NCBI GenBank assembly: GCA_964405245.1
Contig: CAYONE010000003.1
Location: forward strand, 8,244 to 72,243
Reading direction: 5' to 3'
Source: an uncultured Paludibacter sp.
Lineage (GTDB): Bacteria > Bacteroidota > Bacteroidia > Bacteroidales > Paludibacteraceae
DNA length: 64,000 bases
Shown here: positions 27,393 to 36,427 of the stretch, in pieces
How positions within the stretch are numbered: position 1 is the stretch's first letter
Layout: every line of letters starts with the position of its first letter
Program-made: the position numbers and the translations under genes
Notes under the pieces: generated by a model
Databases searched by the model: none
Told to the model about the DNA's origin: nothing
The model's input: the letters and a program-made list of their open reading frames with translations, nothing else

Positions 27393-28730
27393 ATGAAAGT
27401 ATCAGAGGTATTGGAAAGCCTGAAGCGCAGGTTTCCCAACGAGCCTGAGTACCATCAGGCTGTACATGAAGTATTGGAGTCGATTGAAGAAGTTTACAAC
27501 GAACATCCTGAATTCGAACGTGTTAACTTAATTGAACGTCTATGTATTCCCGATCGGATTTTCTCTTTCCGCGTAACGTGGGTTGATGACAAAGGAAAAG
27601 TACAAACCAACATGGGTTATCGCGTTCAGCAAAATAACGCAATTGGACCATACAAAGGAGGTTTGCGTTTCCATGCTTCGGTTTATCCGGGAATTTTGAA
27701 ATTTTTAGCCTTCGAACAAGTATTTAAAAACGCACTTACCACTCTCCCGATGGGTGGCGGTAAAGGCGGATCTGATTTTAATCCAAAAGGGAAATCCGAT
27801 GCTGAAATTATGCGGTTTTGTCAGGCTTTTATGCTCGAATTGTGGAAACACATTGGACCTGACACCGATGTACCTGCAGGAGATATAGGAGTTGGTGGTC
27901 GCGAAGTAGCATATATGTATGGAATGTACCGAAAACTTGCACGCGAAAACACTGGTGTGCTTACCGGAAAAGGAATCGACTTTGGAGGTTCTCTCATTCG
28001 CCCGGAAGCTACAGGCTACGGTAATATTTATTTTCTGATGAATATGCTGAAACGTAAGGGCATTACCGACCTGAAAGGTCAGGTTGTTGCAATATCCGGT
28101 TCAGGAAATGTGGCTACATACACTGCCGAAAAAGTGCTGGAACTTGGTGGAAAAGTAATTACATTTTCAGATAGTAACGGATATATTTTCGATCCGGATG
28201 GCATTGATGCCGAAAAATTAGCGTATATTTTCGAACTGAAAAATATATATCGCGGACGTATTAAAGAATATGCCGAAAAATACGGATGTAAATATGTAGA
28301 TGGTGGACGCCCTTGGGCTGAAAAATGCACCATTGCATTACCATCGGCAACACAAAACGAAATTACAGGCGATGATGCAGAAATGTTGGTTACAAACGGT
28401 TGTATGGCAGTATCGGAAGGTGCAAACATGCCTTCAACACCTGAAGCGATAGAAATTTTCCTGAAAAATAAAATTCTTTACGCTCCCGGAAAAGCAGCTA
28501 ATGCCGGAGGTGTTTCTGTTTCAGGCCTTGAAATGACCCAAAACTCGATGCGCCTGAGCTGGACTCGCGAAGAGGTTGATGCCCGTCTGCAACAGATTAT
28601 GAGCGACATTCATGATTCATGCGTAAAATACGGAACTGAACCTGATGGTTTTGTAAACTACGTAAAAGGCGCAAACATTGCCGGATTTATGAAAGTTGCA
28701 AAAGCCATGATGGCACAAGGAATACTATAA
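27393..28730 (+). CDS. gdhA: Glutamate dehydrogenase, NAD(P)-dependent
   Basis: GPYKGGLRFH, MGGGKGGSDF, DVPAGDIGVG, RPEATGYG, GSGNV, PGKAANAGGV. Confidence 0.96.
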   Translation: MKVSEVLESLKRRFPNEPEYHQAVHEVLESIEEVYNEHPEFERVNLIERLCIPDRIFSFRVTWVDDKGKVQTNMGYRVQQNNAIGPYKGGLRFHASVYPGILKFLAFEQVFKNALTTLPMGGGKGGSDFNPKGKSDAEIMRFCQAFMLELWKHIGPDTDVPAGDIGVGGREVAYMYGMYRKLARENTGVLTGKGIDFGGSLIRPEATGYGNIYFLMNMLKRKGITDLKGQVVAISGSGNVATYTAEKVLELGGKVITFSDSNGYIFDPDGIDAEKLAYIFELKNIYRGRIKEYAEKYGCKYVDGGRPWAEKCTIALPSATQNEITGDDAEMLVTNGCMAVSEGANMPSTPEAIEIFLKNKILYAPGKAANAGGVSVSGLEMTQNSMRLSWTREEVDARLQQIMSDIHDSCVKYGTEPDGFVNYVKGANIAGFMKVAKAMMAQGIL

Positions 28731-28754
28731 TCCAATCCCTGAAATCTTCACACC

Positions 28755-28792
28755 AAATCCCGTAAGCAAAATTTGCCTGCGGGATTTTTTTT
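28755..28792 (+). terminator. Terminator after gdhA
   Basis: aaatcccgtaagcaaa-a-tttgcctgcgggattttttt hairpin with T-tail. Confidence 0.85.
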
Positions 28793-28924
28793 AATGGTAT
28801 CTTCCTTTGAAAATGAATGCAGTAATTTCCTCAAAAAATATTTTTTCGAATTGAATATCAGAAGTTTAACCTGGCATATCTATACTGTTTTATTACCTAC
28901 GATCCAATCGTATTACAATATTTT

Positions 28925-28958
28925 TAATTTTGCACAAAATTAATCGCTTTGTGCAAAA
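28925..28958 (+). promoter_or_regulatory. -7 box (TAATTTTG) overlapped by an 11-bp inverted repeat (candidate operator)
   Basis: TAATTTTG at 28925-28932; TTTTGCACAAA-N9-TTTGTGCAAAA at 28928-28958. Confidence 0.6.
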
Positions 28959-29028
28959 CAATATTTCTCAAATATTGTTTTTTACAGAAAATTCATCTAT
29001 GTCTAACGTTATTAATTAAAAAATTCTT

Positions 29029-30762
29029 ATGAGAAAAAATTACCGGTTAATCAGTTTGCTGATTTTTTCAACTTTAAGTTTATGCGCATTTGCTCAAACA
29101 AATCCCGGAAATCCAAAACATCAATGGACATTTGATGATGGCACTGCAAACGATGCATTTGGCGGAGCAAATGCTACTTTTGTAGCGCCGGCTGTAATTT
29201 CCGACAAATCTTTAAATACTTCAACAGGCGGATATTTAAATCTTCCTGCTGCTACTATTACCATCAACAGTTTTTCTGCCATTTCGCAGGAAATCTGGTT
29301 TACTTCGAAAGCAAGTGCAAACCCAAACTCCACATCACTTTCGTTTTTCGGCAATGGAAATGTGAGTGGCTGGCTGGCTACCAATTACCTGTTTGTAACG
29401 CCAGCAAGAAATGAAAATGTCAGTCGTACTGCAATTTCATGCCTTAATACTTCAAGTCCCTGGTCAACGGAAACTCAGGTAGATGGCTCAAAACATGACG
29501 ATGGTTTATTGCATCATTTTGTTTCAATAATTGATGCCACCACCATAAGTATGTATATCGATGGTGTATTTGTGGGTTCTTCAGCATTGTCTGCCAACAA
29601 TCAGATAACAAATCTTAGCAATGCTTTTGCCTATCTATGTCGTTCGGGTTATACCTACGAAGCTACATGGAAAGGTAAAGTACACAAATACAGCATTTTC
29701 GATAAAGCACTCAGCGCATCTGAAGTTTTATATCTTTATCAACAGGGTGCTGAAGCCGGTCCGGCAATAAATGCAGGGGCAAACGAATTTTTATTTGAAA
29801 ATACACAGGGTGTGGAAGTTAAGGTTACAGGCTTCAATCTCACTCCGGGCGAGAACATTTCCATTACAGCTCCTTCAGGCATAAATCTTAGTGCAACGTC
29901 AATGCCTTATAATGCAGATAAAGCTTCCTTAACCGTAACTTGGGATGGCTCTACAGCAGTTGATGGATTTATTACTCTTACCAGCGGAACAACAACTAAG
30001 CAAGTACCTGTAAAATCAGTTTCGAATACCACCTGTTTTGTACCCTTGTATTCCGATAAAACTAATCTGATTCCCGACCCGAAAATGTACAATATCGGTT
30101 CGTTTACAGGTTGGGGCACCAAGGAAATCATTAACATTGTTAGCGAACCTTCTAATGTTTATTGTGGCATTAGCTCTGCTAAGGTTGGTAATGGAACGCA
30201 TACAAGCGGTTCGCTCGAAGTAGTTTTGAATGGTAAAGTTACGCCAAACACAAGTTACCGCGTAAAGGCAATTGTAAAAACCATTGGGGGCGATTTCCAA
30301 TTGGGTATTTGGGGATTAACTCAAAATCAAATATCCTACAATATTGACACAAACGGCGAATGGCAGACCATCGATTTTGTATTTAAAACATCGGCTACAC
30401 TACAACCAAACCAATACATGTGGTGGAATAATTCAGGTCGAACAGGCACACTTGGTTACATCGATAACTGGGAAATGTACGATGTAAGCGATATTGTAAG
30501 TGAAGTAAGCAACCTGAAAGCTTACACTTTTAATATCTATTCGCAGGGCGGAAATTTAATTTCAGAATTTGAATCAAATTCGTTCGGTGAAGGTAACATT
30601 AGCATTTACAACCTACAGGGTTTACTCACACAAAGTGAGAAAATTAATTACATAAATGGGACTAACAACGTAAGATCGGGGATTCAATTACAATCGGGAG
30701 TATATGTTGTAAAACTTTCTGCCGATGGAAAATTTTTCACCGGCAAACTTATCGTAAATTAG
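29029..30762 (+). CDS. T9SS-secreted LamG-like jelly-roll + Ig-like + CBM4/9-like module protein
   Basis: HQWTFDDGTAND..HHFV..MYIDG..IFDKALSASEV (LamG-like); NLIPDP..GWG..VYCG..YIDNWEMY module; CTD IYNLQG..SGVYVVKL..KLIVN. Confidence 0.8.
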   Translation: MRKNYRLISLLIFSTLSLCAFAQTNPGNPKHQWTFDDGTANDAFGGANATFVAPAVISDKSLNTSTGGYLNLPAATITINSFSAISQEIWFTSKASANPNSTSLSFFGNGNVSGWLATNYLFVTPARNENVSRTAISCLNTSSPWSTETQVDGSKHDDGLLHHFVSIIDATTISMYIDGVFVGSSALSANNQITNLSNAFAYLCRSGYTYEATWKGKVHKYSIFDKALSASEVLYLYQQGAEAGPAINAGANEFLFENTQGVEVKVTGFNLTPGENISITAPSGINLSATSMPYNADKASLTVTWDGSTAVDGFITLTSGTTTKQVPVKSVSNTTCFVPLYSDKTNLIPDPKMYNIGSFTGWGTKEIINIVSEPSNVYCGISSAKVGNGTHTSGSLEVVLNGKVTPNTSYRVKAIVKTIGGDFQLGIWGLTQNQISYNIDTNGEWQTIDFVFKTSATLQPNQYMWWNNSGRTGTLGYIDNWEMYDVSDIVSEVSNLKAYTFNIYSQGGNLISEFESNSFGEGNISIYNLQGLLTQSEKINYINGTNNVRSGIQLQSGVYVVKLSADGKFFTGKLIVN

Positions 30763-30788
30763 TACAACTACTTAAAATTAAGCAAAAT

Positions 30789-30823
30789 AAGCGGATACAT
30801 TAAAAAATTGTATCCGCTTTTTT
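30789..30823 (+). terminator. Terminator
   Basis: aagcggataca..tgtatccgctttttt. Confidence 0.85.
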
Positions 30824-30920
30824 ACTAAGTATATAGTAGAATAACAAAATATGACACCAAAATAACTTTTTTATCCACCTCAAAAATTACTTTACAGCAA
30901 AGTTCAACACAAAAAATCTT

Positions 30921-30928
30921 TAGTTTTG
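30921..30928 (+). promoter_or_regulatory. -7 box TAGTTTTG
   Basis: Matches TAnnTTTG, 46 nt upstream of ATG 30975. Confidence 0.6.
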
Positions 30929-30974
30929 CATTACATAAATTCTTTATTTATTAATCTGTAAAAATATTACAATC

Positions 30975-33260
30975 ATGAAAAAAACTTACAAACTTATTGC
31001 GATTTTATTCGCTTTTCTGACGTTTTCGTCTTTTTTAATGGCTCAAACCTGGGATGACCCTACTCCAGAAGGAATTACATTTTCGAACGGAACAGGTTAT
31101 TATGTTTATAATGTGGGTGCTAAAGCATTTCTTGACAGAGGTGGGGAATGGGCAACACAAGCTATTGTTTTCCCTGAAAAAGGTTCTCTGATCACTCCTG
31201 TTCAAAGTGGAGCTTTATGGGTTTTACAATATGAGAGTAGTACAAGAACATTATTTCCTGCAAATGTAGCTGATGGTTGGACCTATACTGATAACACTAC
31301 TAGTAATACATGGGATATACAGGTTAGTGATCCTGTTAATAATATCTATTCAATCCAGATAAACAACACTTTTGGCGGCTATAACGCCAGTCAGTATTTA
31401 GGAGCATCAGCTACACTATATACCAGTAACTCTGGTGTAGTACAGGATGTAAGATACAATCGTACGGCAAGCGATTATACCAAATGGAAATTTTGTACAG
31501 CAGATGCTGTTGAAAAATACAATGCACAAGTTAAACTTGATAAGTTCATGAAAATTGCAAGATTAACAGGCAGTAGTATTGATTTAGCTCCTTTCATTTC
31601 AACTTACAATACTGGTACATCGAATGATATACTTGTGGCAGCAGCTGCATTAAACACTTTACTTTCACCACAGGATAAAACTTCAAGTATTGCTAATGCA
31701 GCATTCGATGCAAATCCTACAACCGGTTGGACTGCAACTGCAAATTACGGATACAATTTTACAGAAGTTGAATACTACGGTCGTTCATTTGACATTTACC
31801 AAAATGTAACAGGATTACCAGCAGGAATTTACATTCTAAAAGCGCAGGGTTTCGAACGTCCTTCAGGATTATCAGTTGATATGCAAACATGGTATAATAA
31901 TGGTTGGGATGCACGTTCAGCCAAACTTTATGCTACTGTAACGGGAACAACAATAACTACACCGGTTCGCTCTATATATTCCGAATCAACCAGCCCAACA
32001 GGTAATGCAATCAATGGTATTACTTATCCCAATTCAATGTCGAATACTTATGATGCCATTACCACGAACGGCCTCTACGACAATGAATTAACTTATTTTA
32101 CAGTAGATGCTGCCGGAACTGCCAGAATAGGAATTATCGGATCGTATCGTTTAAATGGTAGTTATACAATGTCGCAATGGGTTTTATTGGATAACTTCAG
32201 ATTATATTATTATGGAGCACTTGCTATTCCTAATATGTCAGTATCAACAAGTTCATTGTTAATCAGCAATGCGGTTTCCAATACAAAAACTTTTGATGTA
32301 ACCGGTGCAAATCTTCCGGGTGATATTACTTTTACTTCCCCAGCAGGATTAACACTTACTGGAACTAATTTAGTGAATAATGGAGGAGGAACTTATACTA
32401 TTCTTCAGATTAATGCTAATACAACTAATACTATTACAGTAACCTGGGATGAAGTTAATAACTTAACCGGTACAATTAGCGTTTCAAGCGATGGAGTTTC
32501 AACTCACAATATCTCAGTTAACACATCTAAAGATAAAGATTGTTTTACAGCTCTTTATGCTGACCGTCAAAATTTAGTTTCAGACCCTTATATTACAAAT
32601 TTGTCAAATTTTGCAGGTTGGGGTACAAAATCTTTAGTTACTGATCCATCAGAAGTTTATTGTGGTGCAGCATCTGCAAAAGTTGGAGACGGAACAACCG
32701 GAGGTTCACTGGATTACGGTTTAACCGGAATCATTCAACCTGAAAAAACCTATCGTGTAAAAGCAATGGTTAAAACTGAAGGCGGTGAATTCCAGTTAGG
32801 TGTATTTGGATGGTCAAATGGTCAGGGCGATATCAATAACGTAATAAACACAAATGGAGCATGGCAGGAATTAGTATTCAACTTTACAACCGGTGCAGCA
32901 TTAGGTGGCAGTCAGGGAATGTTCTGGAATAACTATCAGAAATCAGGGTTAATTGGTTATATCGACAATTGGGAAATGTATGATGTAACTGATATAGTTG
33001 CCGGAATGAACACTAAATTGGCAAATGAGTTAAAGGTTTATTTAAATAACCAGCAAATTGTAGCTGAAATAAACACTGAAGTTCAGGGTAACGCCCAAAT
33101 TGCAGTTTACAATTTGCAGGGCGCTCGTTTACACACAGAAAGTGCTGCATGTAACAGTGGCTTCAACCGTATTACAGTTGAAAAACAACTTCCAACAGGC
33201 GTTTATATGGTACAATTAACTGTTGGTGGCGAAATTTACACAGCTAAACTTGTGAAATAA
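30975..33260 (+). CDS. T9SS-secreted multimodular protein (beta-trefoil-like N-terminus, CBM-like modules, Ig-like, CTD)
   Basis: YYVYNVGAKAFL..WATQA; IANAAFD..GW..QNVTGLPAGIY..DNFRLYY; NLVSDP..GWG..VYCG..YIDNWEMY; CTD VYNLQG..TGVYMVQL..KLVK. Confidence 0.78.
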   Translation: MKKTYKLIAILFAFLTFSSFLMAQTWDDPTPEGITFSNGTGYYVYNVGAKAFLDRGGEWATQAIVFPEKGSLITPVQSGALWVLQYESSTRTLFPANVADGWTYTDNTTSNTWDIQVSDPVNNIYSIQINNTFGGYNASQYLGASATLYTSNSGVVQDVRYNRTASDYTKWKFCTADAVEKYNAQVKLDKFMKIARLTGSSIDLAPFISTYNTGTSNDILVAAAALNTLLSPQDKTSSIANAAFDANPTTGWTATANYGYNFTEVEYYGRSFDIYQNVTGLPAGIYILKAQGFERPSGLSVDMQTWYNNGWDARSAKLYATVTGTTITTPVRSIYSESTSPTGNAINGITYPNSMSNTYDAITTNGLYDNELTYFTVDAAGTARIGIIGSYRLNGSYTMSQWVLLDNFRLYYYGALAIPNMSVSTSSLLISNAVSNTKTFDVTGANLPGDITFTSPAGLTLTGTNLVNNGGGTYTILQINANTTNTITVTWDEVNNLTGTISVSSDGVSTHNISVNTSKDKDCFTALYADRQNLVSDPYITNLSNFAGWGTKSLVTDPSEVYCGAASAKVGDGTTGGSLDYGLTGIIQPEKTYRVKAMVKTEGGEFQLGVFGWSNGQGDINNVINTNGAWQELVFNFTTGAALGGSQGMFWNNYQKSGLIGYIDNWEMYDVTDIVAGMNTKLANELKVYLNNQQIVAEINTEVQGNAQIAVYNLQGARLHTESAACNSGFNRITVEKQLPTGVYMVQLTVGGEIYTAKLVK

Positions 33261-33275
33261 AAACTTAATACAATA

Positions 33276-33338
33276 GAATTAAGCTAAGAGTGAATTAAGC
33301 TAAGAGCGTGAATCCGGCAAGGTGATTCACGCTCTTTT
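33276..33338 (+). terminator. Terminator preceded by a 15-bp direct repeat
   Basis: GAATTAAGCTAAGAG at 33276-33290 and 33292-33306; hairpin aagagcgtgaatc..gattcacgctctttt. Confidence 0.8.
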
Positions 33339-33443
33339 GTTGAACAAAATAGATATTTCTTACGTAAGAAATAAAATACTTTTGTCAGTTTAATTTTAAT
33401 CTTTTTTGAACACATTTTCACCCACCCTGATTAAAGAATAGGC

Positions 33444-33451
33444 TACATTTG
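33444..33451 (+). promoter_or_regulatory. -7 box TACATTTG
   Basis: Matches TAnnTTTG, 53 nt upstream of ATG 33505. Confidence 0.6.
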
Positions 33452-33504
33452 CATAAAATAAATTAAGAGAATTTTATTTACCAACATTTTAAATTTTTAT
33501 TATC

Positions 33505-36249
33505 ATGAAAAGAATTTACTTATCAATTGTTGTCATTATGGCATTGGCAACATCATCAATTCTTCAGGCAGCGGTAATTCCGTATTTACCACCAATGCAA
33601 AATTTTGGAGGTTCTGCTGTGGACTTAGCTACTTATCTTCCAAGTATTGGGAATTATACACTTGAAGTTCAGGGAACGGTTGGTGTAGAAATTTCTATTG
33701 CAGGAGGAGTTTTAACTTATACTCCAACAACAAATGGAGTTGTGCGTTTTTCACAGAAAAACGGAAAGGTATATGTTTATGAGGGAAATATGTTTATGAC
33801 AACATTGACACCTGTTTGGAGTACCACATATCCTGTTATTGCTGATGCTACTGCTCATACGGATGCTAATAATCTTTTGCAAAACGCAGGTTTTGAAACT
33901 CCCGGCTCATTGGTAGGAGGTACAAATTATAACTTTGGGACACCATGGCAAACAAATGTAACAGTAAGTGCCTCGGGTGGAATAAGAACTTCCGAAGCAA
34001 CTACTGGAAATGTAAATGGTACCTGGGAATGTGTATGGAGAGGAAGTGGAAACACTAATTATTTTGCACAACAACTTGCAGCAACCATTAAACCAAACAC
34101 TTCTTACAAAATAATAGTTAATCAGATTGCCGGTGGTAATGCCTATGCTACTTTTTATGTTGGACTAGGATCAACTGTTAATGGTTTAGAATATGGTTTC
34201 ATGCCTATAGTACTTGGCAACACTAAAAATGGCACATGGTCTGTCAATTTCAGGACACCTGCAACGATTACCACGCCTGTTTATTTTACTTTTAAAAACA
34301 CTCCAAGCAATACAGCAAATTCCGGTTCTGATCCTGTAGCTCAATTTGATTATCTTGCGTTAGTTGAAGGTATTGACGTTCCAGGTATTACAGGAGTTTC
34401 TTCTGCAACTTTATTAAACGGAAGTGCTTATGCTCCCGAAAATGTATCCATTGATTTTGGAGCAGGAGATGCTTATGATATGACAACTTTTATTGCAAAT
34501 CAAAGTTTTGAAGATGTTCAAGCAGACAAACAACAGACTATTCCCGGTTGGACAAAAACAGGTCCAGCGAATAGTGAATACTGTACCAGAAATGACCAAG
34601 GACCGTTATCCGGAGCTTTTAAACATCTCAATGTTTATTTCCAGTATTGGAGCAGCTCAAGACCTGATTTTTCAATTTCGCAAATTGTAACGGGAATTCC
34701 AAACGGGAAATATCGTTTAACGGCTGCTGCCGGAGGCGGTGATGGAGCTACTGGCACCTTTGTATATGCCGCAGATAAACAAACAGAAGTAACAAGTTCC
34801 GGTGCAGATTACAGTGTAGATGCTATAGCTGTTGATGGAACTTTAACCATTGGTTTCAAATCCGTTAGTCGTAATCTAAGTTGGGCTTATGCTGACAATT
34901 TCCGCCTTTACTATTTTGGTGAAGTACAGGAACCTGTACTTAGTTTATCAACTGCTAATTTGTTCTTTGATCCAAATAATCTGACAAAAACTTTCACTGT
35001 TACTGGTGCAAATCTGACAGCAAATGCGATTTTAACAGCGCCAACCGGAATCGGACTTGACAAAAACGAATTAACCCCTGCTGAAGTTGCTGCCGGTACT
35101 ACTGTTACTGCCACTTTTGATAATGCTACACAAATTACAAATGGTTTGATAAGTGTTGCTTCAGGTACACTTACTAAAGAAATAACAGTTAACGCTTCGG
35201 CAGACTTAGCATGTTTCACACCTGAATATTCGACGCTTACGAACTTAATTCCTGATCCATTTATGAATGATCTTTCCAAATATGGTGGTTGGGGAAATAA
35301 ATCTATCGTTACAGATCCTGCGGAAGTATATTGCGGAAGCCGCAGTGCATTTATTAACGGTACTGCTTTATGCTATCCAAACAGTGGTTCAATTGATGCA
35401 AACATTGCATGGAAACCGAATACTTCTTACCTCATTATTGCAATGGTTAAAGCGATAAATGGCACAATGAATATTGGAGTTAGCAACGTAGGTTTAGGTG
35501 GCGATCAGAATTTCGAAATACCTCAGTCGGAAACATGGATTGAATTCCGTAAAGAATTTAAAACAGGTGCAACAGCAGGAAACGGATTATGTTTCTTCAA
35601 TGGTTGTGGTGAAAGTACAGGCTATATAGGTTATATTGATAACTGGCAAATATATGAATTGCCAACACTCAATGCTCCTGTAAATGATGAAGATAATGGC
35701 CGTATGTTATTTACTTCGGTAGGTCAGACCTTAGAAGTTCCGGTTACTGCAAGTGGCTTCACCAATGGTTTTACCGTAACATCCGATAACGATAAATTTG
35801 AAGTTCAAACTCCAACTTTGCCTGTGGCCGGTGGAACAGTAACAGTACGTTTTATTGGAACTATGGCAGGCCAGTATAACGGCACATTAACCATCGCTTC
35901 GCAAAATCCGGCTTCGCCAGCTCCGGGTATGATGAAAGTATCAGGCGCCGGCACCAAACTTGATATTCCGATGGTTGCTGACATTACTACAGGACTTGGA
36001 AATACTGCAAGCATTGGTTCAACTGTTTATTTGTCAGGCAATGATATTATTGCACATTTCAACCTGAACAGTACTTCAAATGTTGAAATGGGAGTGTATA
36101 ACGTAAATGGTATGTTGATTGAAAGTAACAGACAAATGCTGAATTCAGGTTCAAACCAGATGAATCTGAACGCTAACCTTACTTCGGGCGTTTACTTTGT
36201 AAAACTAAATATTGATGGTGAAGTAACAACCACAAAACTTGTAAAATAG
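33505..36249 (+). CDS. T9SS-secreted multimodular protein with several CBM-like jelly-roll and Ig-like modules, CTD
   Basis: NLLQNAGFE, IANQSFE..QIVTGIPNGKY..DNFRLYY, NLIPDP..GWG..VYCG..YIDNWQIY; CTD VYNVNG..SGVYFVKL..KLVK. Confidence 0.78.
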   Translation: MKRIYLSIVVIMALATSSILQAAVIPYLPPMQNFGGSAVDLATYLPSIGNYTLEVQGTVGVEISIAGGVLTYTPTTNGVVRFSQKNGKVYVYEGNMFMTTLTPVWSTTYPVIADATAHTDANNLLQNAGFETPGSLVGGTNYNFGTPWQTNVTVSASGGIRTSEATTGNVNGTWECVWRGSGNTNYFAQQLAATIKPNTSYKIIVNQIAGGNAYATFYVGLGSTVNGLEYGFMPIVLGNTKNGTWSVNFRTPATITTPVYFTFKNTPSNTANSGSDPVAQFDYLALVEGIDVPGITGVSSATLLNGSAYAPENVSIDFGAGDAYDMTTFIANQSFEDVQADKQQTIPGWTKTGPANSEYCTRNDQGPLSGAFKHLNVYFQYWSSSRPDFSISQIVTGIPNGKYRLTAAAGGGDGATGTFVYAADKQTEVTSSGADYSVDAIAVDGTLTIGFKSVSRNLSWAYADNFRLYYFGEVQEPVLSLSTANLFFDPNNLTKTFTVTGANLTANAILTAPTGIGLDKNELTPAEVAAGTTVTATFDNATQITNGLISVASGTLTKEITVNASADLACFTPEYSTLTNLIPDPFMNDLSKYGGWGNKSIVTDPAEVYCGSRSAFINGTALCYPNSGSIDANIAWKPNTSYLIIAMVKAINGTMNIGVSNVGLGGDQNFEIPQSETWIEFRKEFKTGATAGNGLCFFNGCGESTGYIGYIDNWQIYELPTLNAPVNDEDNGRMLFTSVGQTLEVPVTASGFTNGFTVTSDNDKFEVQTPTLPVAGGTVTVRFIGTMAGQYNGTLTIASQNPASPAPGMMKVSGAGTKLDIPMVADITTGLGNTASIGSTVYLSGNDIIAHFNLNSTSNVEMGVYNVNGMLIESNRQMLNSGSNQMNLNANLTSGVYFVKLNIDGEVTTTKLVK

Positions 36250-36280
36250 CAGTTTAGTTAAGGTATAAAAAACTCAATTC

Positions 36281-36322
36281 AAAAGCGTGAATTTTCTTAG
36301 TGAGGATTCCCGCTTTTTTTTT
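36281..36322 (+). terminator. Terminator
   Basis: aaaagcgtgaatttt..aggattcccgctttttttttt imperfect hairpin with long T-tail. Confidence 0.75.
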
Positions 36323-36380
36323 AATTGAATTCATCTCCCTTTTTGAATTTTATTTCTACCCAATCAGTAACATATCTAAG

Positions 36381-36388
36381 TAATTTTG
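36381..36388 (+). promoter_or_regulatory. -7 box TAATTTTG
   Basis: Matches TAnnTTTG, 39 nt upstream of ATG 36428. Confidence 0.55.
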
Positions 36389-36427
36389 TTTATCAATTTT
36401 TTAAAACAATTATTATTTTAAATTATC

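Noticed and set aside
28928..28958. Invertible (phase-variable) promoter
   Set aside because: The inverted repeats are only 9 nt apart and do not flank the promoter; no recombinase nearby.
33276..33306. CRISPR-like repeat
   Set aside because: Only two 15-bp copies separated by 1 nt; no spacers and no cas genes.
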